From contig JALTFF010000011.1 in assembly GCA_027007465.1 (NCBI GenBank), positions 1 through 34,822 on the forward strand: 34,822 nt of DNA, written 5' to 3'. Numbering within the stretch: the first letter of the stretch is position 1; the number at the start of each line of letters is the position of its first letter. The notes beneath the pieces are model-generated. The model saw nothing but the letters and a program-made list of their open reading frames with translations, did not search any database and was not told the origin of the DNA. The position numbers and the translations under genes are program-made. The stretch comes from a bacterium. Its GTDB lineage: Bacteria > Patescibacteriota > Patescibacteriia > Patescibacteriales > JALTFF01. Below are positions 1 through 7,938 of the stretch, piece after piece.

Positions 1-972
1 TTCGAAACTTTTCCACTTGACGCTTCAAATAACCGTAATGCTCCATTTCATGAAGCATTTTTAAAAGCATTCAAGAATAATCTTGAAGGCAAAGTTTCTG
101 ATGTACCATTTTTTATCAGTCTAAGCAGTTGGTTACACGGACTTAATACTACACTTGGGCAAACCTTTTTTGAAAGAGTGGCTCATACTCTATCTGATGG
201 CGAAAAACGAGAATATACCTCTAAAAAATTAGGAAATTTAAAGATTTATCAATCGCAAAAAAATAAAATCAATGCGATAATGACCGAACTTTCCAATTCA
301 GAGAGAAAGCCAAATTTAGAGCAAGAAAATAATGAAATATTTTCTGTAAATAGCGGAAATTTAATTAATGCGATTGATTTTTCCGCTGATGTATTTATTG
401 AAGATAATAATTCAATTATTGCTATTGAACTAAAATCCGTAAAACCAAATTCTGGTGAGATGAAAGGCGAAAAACAAAAAATTTTAGAAGGTAAGGCTGC
501 TCTTAAAAAAGCATTCCCAAATAAGGAAGTGTATTTTTATATGGGATTTCCCTTTGATCCTACAAGTAGTGCGAAAACTGGATATGATAAAACACACTTT
601 TTAGACTCTATCATTAATATGACAAAATTTTTTGACCCAGCTGAAACATTAATAGCCAGCGAATTATGGGACAAATTATCTGGAGAAACAAAAACAATGG
701 AGCAAATTTTAAAAATTATCAATGTAATTTCAACGCCGGATTTTATGGAAAAATTTCAATTTTTACAAAATAATTCCAATCGGGATAACCCGCGATATCA
801 ACAAATTTTAGCAGAATGGTTCTTGTTTTCAGAGATTGAACTTTTGCAAAAAGATTCTCAAATTCAAGAAATAATACGAACTGATAAAAAATTACAAAAA
901 ATATATCACCAACAAATATTCAAAGACGATGAATACAATTGGCAAAGAGCAAATGAGTTATCAAAAAATTGA
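1..972 (+). CDS. 5'-truncated PD-(D/E)xK nuclease, probable type II restriction endonuclease (TdeIII-like)
   Basis: Frame 1 is open from base 1, so the GTG at 178 is only the track's first start. The upstream translation reads FETFPLDASNNRNAPFHEAFLKAF...SWLHGLNTTLGQTFFERVAHTL. A D...(E)-x-K core is visible (DFSADVFIEDNNSIIAIELKSVKPN). Assignment to the TdeIII family is from memory of that family, not from a search. TGA stop at 970-972. Confidence 0.5.
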   Translation, partial: FETFPLDASNNRNAPFHEAFLKAFKNNLEGKVSDVPFFISLSSWLHGLNTTLGQTFFERVAHTLSDGEKREYTSKKLGNLKIYQSQKNKINAIMTELSNSERKPNLEQENNEIFSVNSGNLINAIDFSADVFIEDNNSIIAIELKSVKPNSGEMKGEKQKILEGKAALKKAFPNKEVYFYMGFPFDPTSSAKTGYDKTHFLDSIINMTKFFDPAETLIASELWDKLSGETKTMEQILKIINVISTPDFMEKFQFLQNNSNRDNPRYQQILAEWFLFSEIELLQKDSQIQEIIRTDKKLQKIYHQQIFKDDEYNWQRANELSKN

Positions 973-1117
973 TAATAAAATAATGAGTTTTTGATTTTGG
1001 GTATTCTCCGTTATCCAACAGAACAAGCACCCCTTTAATTCTCCTCTACACAAAACCCAAAACAAAAAACAAATTTATAAATTATTGAATAAAAGCCTAT
1101 CAAAATTAATTTAATTG

Positions 1118-1232
1118 AAAAATATTTTTTGAACTCACTCCACTTCGCTTAATGCAACTCTACGTTCTCATCATTTCAGTCGTCAAGGCATATAATACAC
1201 AATATGAAGCATTAAAAAGCTTGATATATTAA
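1118..1232 (+). repeat. Intergenic module copy X1 (T-run, GAACTCACTCCACTTCGCT block, possible 26-codon hydrophobic sORF 1152-1232)
   Basis: Hand alignment to the minus-strand sequence at 33779-33676. The T6 plus 19-nt block matches at 21/25 positions. After a 1-nt indel, an ungapped 48-nt stretch matches at 29/48. Confidence 0.4.
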
Positions 1233-1308
1233 TTACCTAATAGGTATTTAATATAGAGAAAAAATCTTAACTCTTTTTCTATTTAAATTCTAAATTTAGT
1301 TTAATAGC

Positions 1309-1337
1309 TTGATTTTTTTGCAAAAATATGCTATAAT
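1309..1337 (+). promoter_or_regulatory. Sigma-70-type promoter with extended -10 (TTGATT-17 nt-TGcTATAAT)
   Basis: TTGATT at 1309-1314, a 17-nt spacer ending in TGc, and TATAAT at 1332-1337. It lies ~180 nt upstream of the CAP-domain gene. Confidence 0.55.
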
Positions 1338-1360
1338 ATATAAAGTAAATACAAATAACA

Positions 1361-1480
1361 AAGTTTTAAATCCGAATAACAAAATTCAAAATTTGAAACA
1401 AATCTAAATGACCGAAACGACTATATGCAGGAATCCAAAATCCAAATGTCAAAATCCGAACATTAAAATCCGAAATTTCA
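1361..1480 (+). repeat. A-rich leader repeat region R1 (five AAATCC[G/A]AA units plus the CTAAATGACCGAAACGACTATATGC core)
   Basis: AAATCC[G/A]AA occurs at 1368, 1432, 1438, 1453 and 1467. The core at 1406-1428 matches 34663-34685 at 20/23 positions. Confidence 0.45.
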
Positions 1481-1516
1481 AAAAATATAAAACAAAATAT
1501 AAAAAATAAAAATAAA

Positions 1517-2320
1517 ATGTTAAAACAAAAACAAAAAATAAAAAATTTATTATGGTATCTCTATGTTCCTATTTTTATAATTGTAATAGGAATTTTTTTA
1601 TTCCCAAAAAGCGCTTATCTTTCTACAATCACTAGGGAAAAACTAATTGAGCTAACTAATAAAACTCGCCAAGAAAACAATCTTCCAATATTAAGAGTTA
1701 ATGAAAAACTTAATAAAGCTGCTAGCAACAAAGCTAAAGATATTTTAAAATACAATAAATTTGCTCACAATTTTAATAATCGCAGATTTTCACAATGGAT
1801 AAAAGATGTTAATTATGATTATTATATTGTGGGAGAAAATTTAGCTATTGATTTCGCTGATAGTGAATCAATTATGAAAGCTTGGTTAAACAGTCCAAGC
1901 CATAGAAAGAATATATTATCAAAACAATATACTGAGATTGGAATGTCTGTCCAAAAGGGAAATTATAAAGGAAATCCCACTATAGTTGTTGCTCAATTAT
2001 TTGGCAGACCTAGTAAACAAGAGTTATCTTCAATGGCTTTATTAGAAGCAAATTCTAAAAAATATAATTTAGAAATAAAAAAACAAAAACTAAACACTTC
2101 TCCAGCATTAGTAATAGCCAATATACAAAATAAATCTGGTAATAACTTAACAACAAAAAATCCGTTACTAAGAGAAATAGATAAATTTTTAAATATAAAG
2201 CAGTTTATTTTAATATATACAGCCCAAATTTTCTTGTTAATTTATCTAATAGCTTGTATTATCTATAATTCTGTTAAAAATAATTTATATCAAAAACAAA
2301 ATTTTAGTAGGATTCAATAA
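1517..2320 (+). CDS. CAP/SCP (PR-1/YkwD-like) domain protein with N- and C-terminal transmembrane segments
   Basis: Contains N-terminal hydrophobic helix, then motifs typical of CAP domains: LNKAASNKAKD, FAH, GENLA, AWLNSPSHRKNIL..YTEIGMSV. Ends with hydrophobic C-terminal helix. Confidence 0.75.
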   Translation: MLKQKQKIKNLLWYLYVPIFIIVIGIFLFPKSAYLSTITREKLIELTNKTRQENNLPILRVNEKLNKAASNKAKDILKYNKFAHNFNNRRFSQWIKDVNYDYYIVGENLAIDFADSESIMKAWLNSPSHRKNILSKQYTEIGMSVQKGNYKGNPTIVVAQLFGRPSKQELSSMALLEANSKKYNLEIKKQKLNTSPALVIANIQNKSGNNLTTKNPLLREIDKFLNIKQFILIYTAQIFLLIYLIACIIYNSVKNNLYQKQNFSRIQ

Positions 2321-2328
2321 TAAAAAAG

Positions 2329-2401
2329 AGCCGAGAGTGGGAATTGAACCCACGACCCTATCCTTACCATGGATATGCTCTACCAACTGAGCTATCTCGG
2401 C
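2329..2401 (-). tRNA. tRNA-Thr (anticodon GGU), CCA not encoded
   Basis: The reverse complement is GCCGAGATAGCTCAGTTGGTAGAGCATATCCATGGTAAGGATAGGGTCGTGGGTTCAATTCCCACTCTCGGCT. It folds as a cloverleaf with 7-bp acceptor stem, GCTC/GAGC D stem, TATCC/GGATA anticodon stem, loop AT-GGT-AA, and GTGGG/CCCAC T stem with TTCAATT loop. Confidence 0.9.
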
Positions 2402-2422
2402 AAAATAACATAATTTAAAAAA

Positions 2423-3280
2423 TCAAATTTCACTGATTTTATCTTCTAACTGGCTAATTTTCTGATTTTTAGGATCAGTTTGTTTAAGCTTATCTAAACT
2501 TCTAATAGCTAATGATTTGTCTTCAATAATTATAGCTAATTCTATTAAAATATCAAGGTATCTTGGATTTAATGGTTCTATTTCTATAGCTTTTTTAGCA
2601 TAACTAATAGCATTTTTATAATCTTCTCTGGCTTTTTCTATCAGCGCTAAATCAATATAATAAGAAGAGATTTGGCTATTAACATTGTCTAAATCTTCAT
2701 TTATTTGCAAATTACTTTGTTTTAAGTTGTCTCTACTTAATTTTCCTTCTTCTAATAACTTTATTAAATGTTTATAAGTTTCCTCAGCTAAATTATATTG
2801 TTTTGTAGTAAAATATAATTGGCCTAAACTTTTATAAGCGTTAATATTTTTACTATCATAAGCAATTGCTTTAATAATTTTTTTCTCTGCTTCAGAATAT
2901 TTTTCTTCTTTTATTAAAGATTGGCCATCGTTTAATAACTGAGAAATAGTTGTAATTTTTTCTTCATTAGTTAATTTAATATTATTTTCCCTACTCCTTT
3001 TAATGTCATCTATTTTTTCTAAAACTTTATAATAAAATTTATCCCAATTTTTTTTAACAAAAATAATTATTGGCTCAATTAATCTCATAAATTTTGATAA
3101 ATATTCCTGTCTCAATCTAATCAATCTTTGATTAATAATTTTTTGCTTTGCTTTATTTATCTGTTCATTAGCAATAGTATCTACATTAATTGATATAATC
3201 TCTGGAATCTTTTTAACAATTATGAAAATGATAACAAATATGCTAAACACTATTAATATTAGTGGAATGATATCATACAT
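2423..3280 (-). CDS. Membrane-anchored TPR-repeat protein (hypothetical)
   Basis: N-terminal TM helix (IIPLILIVFSIFVIIFIIV), followed by a coiled-coil region and TPR-like repeats (AYKSLGQLYFTTKQYNLAEETYK, ALIEKAREDYKNAISYAKKAIEIEP). Confidence 0.6.
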   Translation of the reverse strand: MYDIIPLILIVFSIFVIIFIIVKKIPEIISINVDTIANEQINKAKQKIINQRLIRLRQEYLSKFMRLIEPIIIFVKKNWDKFYYKVLEKIDDIKRSRENNIKLTNEEKITTISQLLNDGQSLIKEEKYSEAEKKIIKAIAYDSKNINAYKSLGQLYFTTKQYNLAEETYKHLIKLLEEGKLSRDNLKQSNLQINEDLDNVNSQISSYYIDLALIEKAREDYKNAISYAKKAIEIEPLNPRYLDILIELAIIIEDKSLAIRSLDKLKQTDPKNQKISQLEDKISEI

Positions 3281-3289
3281 ATCTTAATA

Positions 3290-4063
3290 TTATTTATTGT
3301 TTATAATATTAACAATTTTTATAAATTCATTTATTTTTAAGCTTGCTCCACCAATTAATAAGCCATCAATACCTTTTAGCGGAGTGAATTTCTTAATATT
3401 TTCGTTGTTAATAGAACCACCATAAAGTATTTTTACATTTTTCTCAGCTCTCTCAAATCCGACCAGTTCATTAAGCGTAATCTTAATAATTTTATCAATA
3501 TATTCTGCCTGGTCTGACTTAATTGTTAAACCAGTTCCAATAGCCCAAATTGGCTCATAACTTATAACAACTAATTGATTGCCAATTAAATCTATTCCAC
3601 TTAAAGCTTGTTTTAATTGATCAACAATAATATAATCTTGTTTGTCTTGTTCTCTCTCCTTTTTTCTTTCACCAACACATACTACTGGTATTAAATTAAC
3701 TTTTAACATAGCTTTTATTTTCTTATGAATCATTTCATAATTCTCTAATAAATATTCTCTTCTCTCGCTATGGCCTATTAAACTAAATTTACAACCAACT
3801 TCTTTTAACATTTTAGGTGAAATTTCTCCAGTATAAGCTCCTTTGTTTTCCCAAAAAACATCTTGCGCTCCTAATAAAATGTTAGTGCCTTTTAGAATTT
3901 TTGATATTTGTGGTAAAGCAAGAAAATTAGCTGCAATAGCTATTTGCACATTTTTAATTTTCTTAAATTTAGCTCTATATACTTTTGCTAATTCAATACT
4001 TTCATTAACACCTAAATTCATTTTCCAATTAGCGATAATAATTTTTCGTTTGTTTGTTTTCAT
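3290..4063 (-). CDS. tpiA: Triosephosphate isomerase
   Basis: Signature motifs are present: IIANWKMN, IGHSERR, YEPIWAIGTG, YGGS. Confidence 0.95.
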   Translation of the reverse strand: MKTNKRKIIIANWKMNLGVNESIELAKVYRAKFKKIKNVQIAIAANFLALPQISKILKGTNILLGAQDVFWENKGAYTGEISPKMLKEVGCKFSLIGHSERREYLLENYEMIHKKIKAMLKVNLIPVVCVGERKKEREQDKQDYIIVDQLKQALSGIDLIGNQLVVISYEPIWAIGTGLTIKSDQAEYIDKIIKITLNELVGFERAEKNVKILYGGSINNENIKKFTPLKGIDGLLIGGASLKINEFIKIVNIINNK

Positions 4064-4182
4064 AATATAATAATATTAAATTTTTATTTAACATAATATG
4101 ATGTTACCTATTATGCTAAAATACACATTTATTAATTGACAAACTCAGAAAAGAACTCAACTCCTTTATATTATATTATTTA

Positions 4183-5052
4183 TTATTTTACTTCTAATAA
4201 TCCACCCCAATCATCACTATGAACTAAATCAATTTTATGATTTTGAAAATAAAATCTATCAGTTTTAATAGTATTCTCTACTTTTAACCCATCTGATATT
4301 CTTAATTTATAGTCTCCACTAGATAAAATTTTAATCGGAATAGTATTACCAACTTCAAAGTTCATATTATTAGAATCATCTAAAAAAATACTATCCCAAA
4401 AATTACCAAATCCAATTAAGCCATTTTGACTGTTTAAAACTAAATCTCTCTTAATATAAATATTTTTATTAAGCCGTAGTTCATCACTGTTCAATTTAAA
4501 ACCGATAATATTGTTTTCTCCTTCATTAATTCCATTCATTATCCAATGATAATCAGCCAAATCAACTCCTTGTAAATATGTTCTATTTCCATTAACAGTT
4601 AAGTCATCAGCCATCCAAAAAGTTCCTGCTTTTCCATAATAAGAAAATTTATTCCAATCATTTCCATAAAACTGATAAAGTTTTTTTCCACTATCTTCGC
4701 ATTTACAATTATGACAAATCTTTTTCTCATAAATAGTTAAAGTTGTAAAAGGATCCTTATTTTGACAAAGCCAGAATTTTCTCCCTCCATATTCTTTAAC
4801 CTGAGGATAAATTTCTTGATTGATTTTAGAACCAATATAAGGCTTTAAAATCATTCTTCCATATCCTGGAAATGTTTCTTCAATAGAAAGTTGTGGATAA
4901 ACTATTCTCTCCCCTTGTGATGTTTTTCTTAAAAATCTAGAATAGACTTTAGTAGCTGAATATGTTTTATTAACATAAAGAAAAAATAAATTAGAACTAG
5001 CAAAAATTAAGAAAGAAAAAATAATTATAATTTTATTTAATGTAAATTTCAT
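4183..5052 (-). CDS. Hypothetical secreted or membrane-anchored protein
   Basis: N-terminal signal/anchor (IIIIFSFLIFASSNLFF) and a Cys cluster (CHNCKCED). I recognise no family. It is tightly packed between ruvX and tpiA on the same strand. Confidence 0.55.
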   Translation of the reverse strand: MKFTLNKIIIIFSFLIFASSNLFFLYVNKTYSATKVYSRFLRKTSQGERIVYPQLSIEETFPGYGRMILKPYIGSKINQEIYPQVKEYGGRKFWLCQNKDPFTTLTIYEKKICHNCKCEDSGKKLYQFYGNDWNKFSYYGKAGTFWMADDLTVNGNRTYLQGVDLADYHWIMNGINEGENNIIGFKLNSDELRLNKNIYIKRDLVLNSQNGLIGFGNFWDSIFLDDSNNMNFEVGNTIPIKILSSGDYKLRISDGLKVENTIKTDRFYFQNHKIDLVHSDDWGGLLEVK

Positions 5053-5068
5053 ATTTTTAAAAATTATT

Positions 5069-5512
5069 TTAAATCCTTAATTCTATTTTATCTAAATATC
5101 CTTGTAATATCAACATAGCTGCTATCTCGTCTCTGCTTGCCTTTGTTCTTTTACCGCCTTCTAATTTATCAGCTGCTTTGCTAGTTAATCTTTCATCTTC
5201 AAATTTTAATGGAACTGATATTTTCTTACTAAATAATTTAACAAATTCAATATACTTTTTGTTTTTAACAATCAATTTTTGCTTATTATCACTATTCCTG
5301 CTTTGATTTAAATTTTTTATTTTTTTATCCCAATATGGTTTTCCTATTATAATTATGTTAATATTTTCTTGTTTAATAATATTCAATATTTCATCAATAC
5401 TATTTACCACTTTATATGGCATTGCCAACTTTATTCTGCTATCAGAAATTGATAAACCAATTCTTTTTTCTCCCCAATCAATCCCTAAATATTTTTTCAC
5501 TTGCTCTGTCAT
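5069..5512 (-). CDS. ruvX: Putative pre-16S rRNA nuclease / Holliday junction resolvase-like YqgF
   Basis: YqgF N-terminal motif YLGIDWGEKRIGLSISD and C-terminal DEIAAMLILQGYLD. Overlaps the map stop by 4 nt. Confidence 0.85.
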   Translation of the reverse strand: MTEQVKKYLGIDWGEKRIGLSISDSRIKLAMPYKVVNSIDEILNIIKQENINIIIIGKPYWDKKIKNLNQSRNSDNKQKLIVKNKKYIEFVKLFSKKISVPLKFEDERLTSKAADKLEGGKRTKASRDEIAAMLILQGYLDKIELRI

Positions 5513-6303
5513 ATTGTTAACACTTTATGTCCATTTTTTGTTACAGCTATTGTGTGCTCAAAATGAGCTGCTAAACTATTATCTGCTGTTTTAATTGTCC
5601 AACCATCATTAATATCTTCCACTACTCTCCAATCTCCAGCTGTAATCATTGGCTCAATAGCAATAACCATACCAGACCTAAGCTCTACATTATTAAAATT
5701 ACCATTTGGAACATAATTAAGTATAATAGGATCTTCATGAACTTTTTTACCAACTCCATGTCCGCCTAAGTCTCTTACTACTCCATATCCATTTGCTTGC
5801 GCATAAGTTTGAATAGCCCGACCAATATCAGATAAATGATTTCCTGGCTTTACTTGCTCTATAGCTAAATCTAAACATTTCTTTGTCGCCTTTATTAATT
5901 TCTCTGCCTCTTTGCTAATTTCTCCCACGCCAACTGTTTTTGCCATATCTGTATATAATCCGCTTGCGCCTTTTTTATATGGCCATTCCATGCCAATATC
6001 TAAAGTGATAATTTGACCTTGCCTTAATGTTCTTGCTGGAATTGCCGGCGCATGCACAACTTCATTATCTATTGAAGCGCATAAAGTTGTTGGAAAAGGT
6101 CTTTCATTTAAACTCTCTCTATAACCTTTAAAAGATGGCCTACCACCAGCTTGTTCAATTAAGCTAGTAGCCATATTTTCTAAATATTCAGTTGTTATAC
6201 CTGGCTTAACTTGCTTTAAAGTCTTGTCAAGAATATTAGACAAAATTATTCCACCTTGTCTTATTGTCTCAATTTCTTGTTTTGTTTTATAAATAATATT
6301 CAT
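5509..6303 (-). CDS. map: Methionine aminopeptidase type I
   Basis: Metal-ligand context typical of MetAP-I: VVHAPAIP, ITLDIG, GGHGVG, IAIEPM, FEHTIAV. Confidence 0.95.
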   Translation of the reverse strand: MNIIYKTKQEIETIRQGGIILSNILDKTLKQVKPGITTEYLENMATSLIEQAGGRPSFKGYRESLNERPFPTTLCASIDNEVVHAPAIPARTLRQGQIITLDIGMEWPYKKGASGLYTDMAKTVGVGEISKEAEKLIKATKKCLDLAIEQVKPGNHLSDIGRAIQTYAQANGYGVVRDLGGHGVGKKVHEDPIILNYVPNGNFNNVELRSGMVIAIEPMITAGDWRVVEDINDGWTIKTADNSLAAHFEHTIAVTKNGHKVLTI

Positions 6304-7277
6304 AATCTATATGTTAAAAATATTAAATAAAATAAATATATAAATAATAAAATAGCGCCTTCTTTTTTGTCTAATATGTTTTTTTTACCAAAATAAATTA
6401 AAAATAATAGTAAAACAGTAATAGTGAATAAAAATAATAAATCAAAATTCAAAGCAGAATTATAACTAATTCCAGTAATACTCGCAGACAATCCTAAAAT
6501 TAACAAAATATTAAATATATTTGAGCCTATAATATTTCCGACTGCTATGTCAGCCTTTTTTTTATATGCTGCAACAGCTGAAGCGCTTAATTCTGGTAAA
6601 GAAGTTCCAATAGCTACAACTGTTAATCCAATAAATTTTTCACTAAGACCAAAAAAATGAGCAAAAAATAAAGCGCTATTAACTACCCAGTAACCCCCTA
6701 ACACTAATCCAGTTAATCCCACTATTATCATTACTATTGACGTAAATTTATTAAATTTTTTGTCAAAATTAATTTTATCAACTGTTTTTTGAAAGATGTT
6801 CTCTTTTAACTTACTAATAGTAAAAGTATAATAAACAAATATAATGAAAAATATCAACAAAATAAGCCCATCAATCCTGCTTAATCTATTTGATATATTG
6901 TTATTAAGCAATGAATCATTGGCTAATACTCCAACAACTAATATTGATAATAATAAAAATGGAATTTCCTTATAAAGAGTATTTTTTCTAACTATAAGAG
7001 GGCTAATTAAAGCTGAAGTTCCTAATATTAATAATGTATTACTAATATTTGATCCAATTATATTACCTAAAGCAATCCCAGAGCTTTTCTCAATTCCAGC
7101 AATTAAAGTGACAATTAATTCTGGCATTGAAGTCCCAAAAGCAATAATTGTTAAACCAATAACAAAAGTTGAAATGCCATATCTTTTTGCAATAGATGAT
7201 GAACCATCTATCATTATATCAGCGCCCTTTACTAAAAAAATAAGACCTAATAAAAATAAAGCGCTATTCAAAATCAT
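6300..7277 (-). CDS. Ca2+/Na+ antiporter, CaCA (YrbG-like) family
   Basis: Two alpha-repeat motifs (GTSMPEL...GNIIGSNISNTLLILG and GTSLPEL...GNIIGSNIFNILLILG) in a polytopic membrane protein. Confidence 0.85.
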   Translation of the reverse strand: MILNSALFLLGLIFLVKGADIMIDGSSSIAKRYGISTFVIGLTIIAFGTSMPELIVTLIAGIEKSSGIALGNIIGSNISNTLLILGTSALISPLIVRKNTLYKEIPFLLLSILVVGVLANDSLLNNNISNRLSRIDGLILLIFFIIFVYYTFTISKLKENIFQKTVDKINFDKKFNKFTSIVMIIVGLTGLVLGGYWVVNSALFFAHFFGLSEKFIGLTVVAIGTSLPELSASAVAAYKKKADIAVGNIIGSNIFNILLILGLSASITGISYNSALNFDLLFLFTITVLLLFLIYFGKKNILDKKEGAILLFIYLFYLIFLTYRL

Positions 7278-7501
7278 ATTTATTTAAAATCTAACCACTA
7301 ATTAATTTAATAATTTTTACTCTAATATATATTACAGTAAAATAAGCAATTTGGATAGACTTAGTATGCTCTACTAACGCATAAAACGCCTTATTATCTT
7401 TTGCAACCCAATTTAATCCTTAACAGCGCTCTTAAAAAGGTATACTCTTTTATTTTGTCAACCATATTCATCTTAATGAATATTTGTCTGTTCCACTCCA
7501 A

Positions 7502-7933
7502 TCATTTTGGAATAACAGAATCACGGTTATGTTCTAGAAAAGTTTGTCGCTCTGATTCACTGTTTTTTTCAGCCATATTATCTTTATCTCTATAATAGCC
7601 TAAATTAGGAATATCTTTTTGTTTTAAATACTCCATAACTTTTTTAGGTTTATTTTTATTTAATTCTTTTGTAAAATAATTTCTCATTTTGTTAATATTA
7701 ACTTGTCCCAAATTAGCCTTTTTAGCTATATTTTTAAAATGCTGCCAATTCTTTAGTTGTTTATCTCCTCTAATATTTAAGAAATTCTCTCTTAATTCTT
7801 TATTTAATCCAATTTTTCTCAAGGTTTTATTAACATCATTTCTTGATTTTCCATATCTAAAAAGAGATGTGCTGTTATTTAATTGTGACGATTTTTTGTT
7901 TCTCTCTAAACCTAAAATATTTAATAAGCTCAT
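7502..7933 (-). CDS. Hypothetical basic protein occupying the position after secY
   Basis: The ATG lies 5 nt after the secY stop, which suggests coupling. Composition is Lys/Asn-rich like neighbouring genes. No family recognised, and it is not adenylate kinase (no P-loop). Confidence 0.5.
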   Translation of the reverse strand: MSLLNILGLERNKKSSQLNNSTSLFRYGKSRNDVNKTLRKIGLNKELRENFLNIRGDKQLKNWQHFKNIAKKANLGQVNINKMRNYFTKELNKNKPKKVMEYLKQKDIPNLGYYRDKDNMAEKNSESERQTFLEHNRDSVIPK

Positions 7934-7938
7934 ATAAT

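Noticed and set aside
537-722. Short ORFs overlapping confident genes on the opposite strand or in another frame (537-722, 3843-4070, 5355-5594, 7401-7595, 7689-7937, 24800-25003, 29253-29441, 33094-33312, 33943-34152).
   Set aside because: Each is nested in or antisense to a gene with clear family motifs. They show low-complexity hydrophobic translations and have no independent support.
970-972. Alternative genetic code (UGA recoded, as in some candidate phyla).
   Set aside because: All conserved proteins have normal lengths under the standard code, and the nuclease gene ends at TGA followed directly by TAA. No conserved gene is interrupted by an in-frame TGA, so code 11 fits.
1152-1232. 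Calling the X-module sORFs (1152-1232 and 33741-33676) type I toxin genes outright.
   Set aside because: There are only two reasonably intact copies. One needs a GTG start, and the third and fourth copies do not keep an open frame with a start codon. No antisense RNA promoter could be identified. The idea is kept as a hypothesis within the X-family finding rather than as an annotated CDS.
1368-1475. The AAATCC[G/A]AA repeats, plus TTATCCAAC at 1011-1019, as DnaA boxes or iterons of a replication origin.
   Set aside because: The reverse complement TT[C/T]GGATTT matches the DnaA box TGTGGATAA at only ~5-6 of 9 positions. No dnaA, dnaN or other origin-linked genes are nearby, and the repeats lie inside a predicted 5' UTR. 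Origin function cannot be supported from this window.
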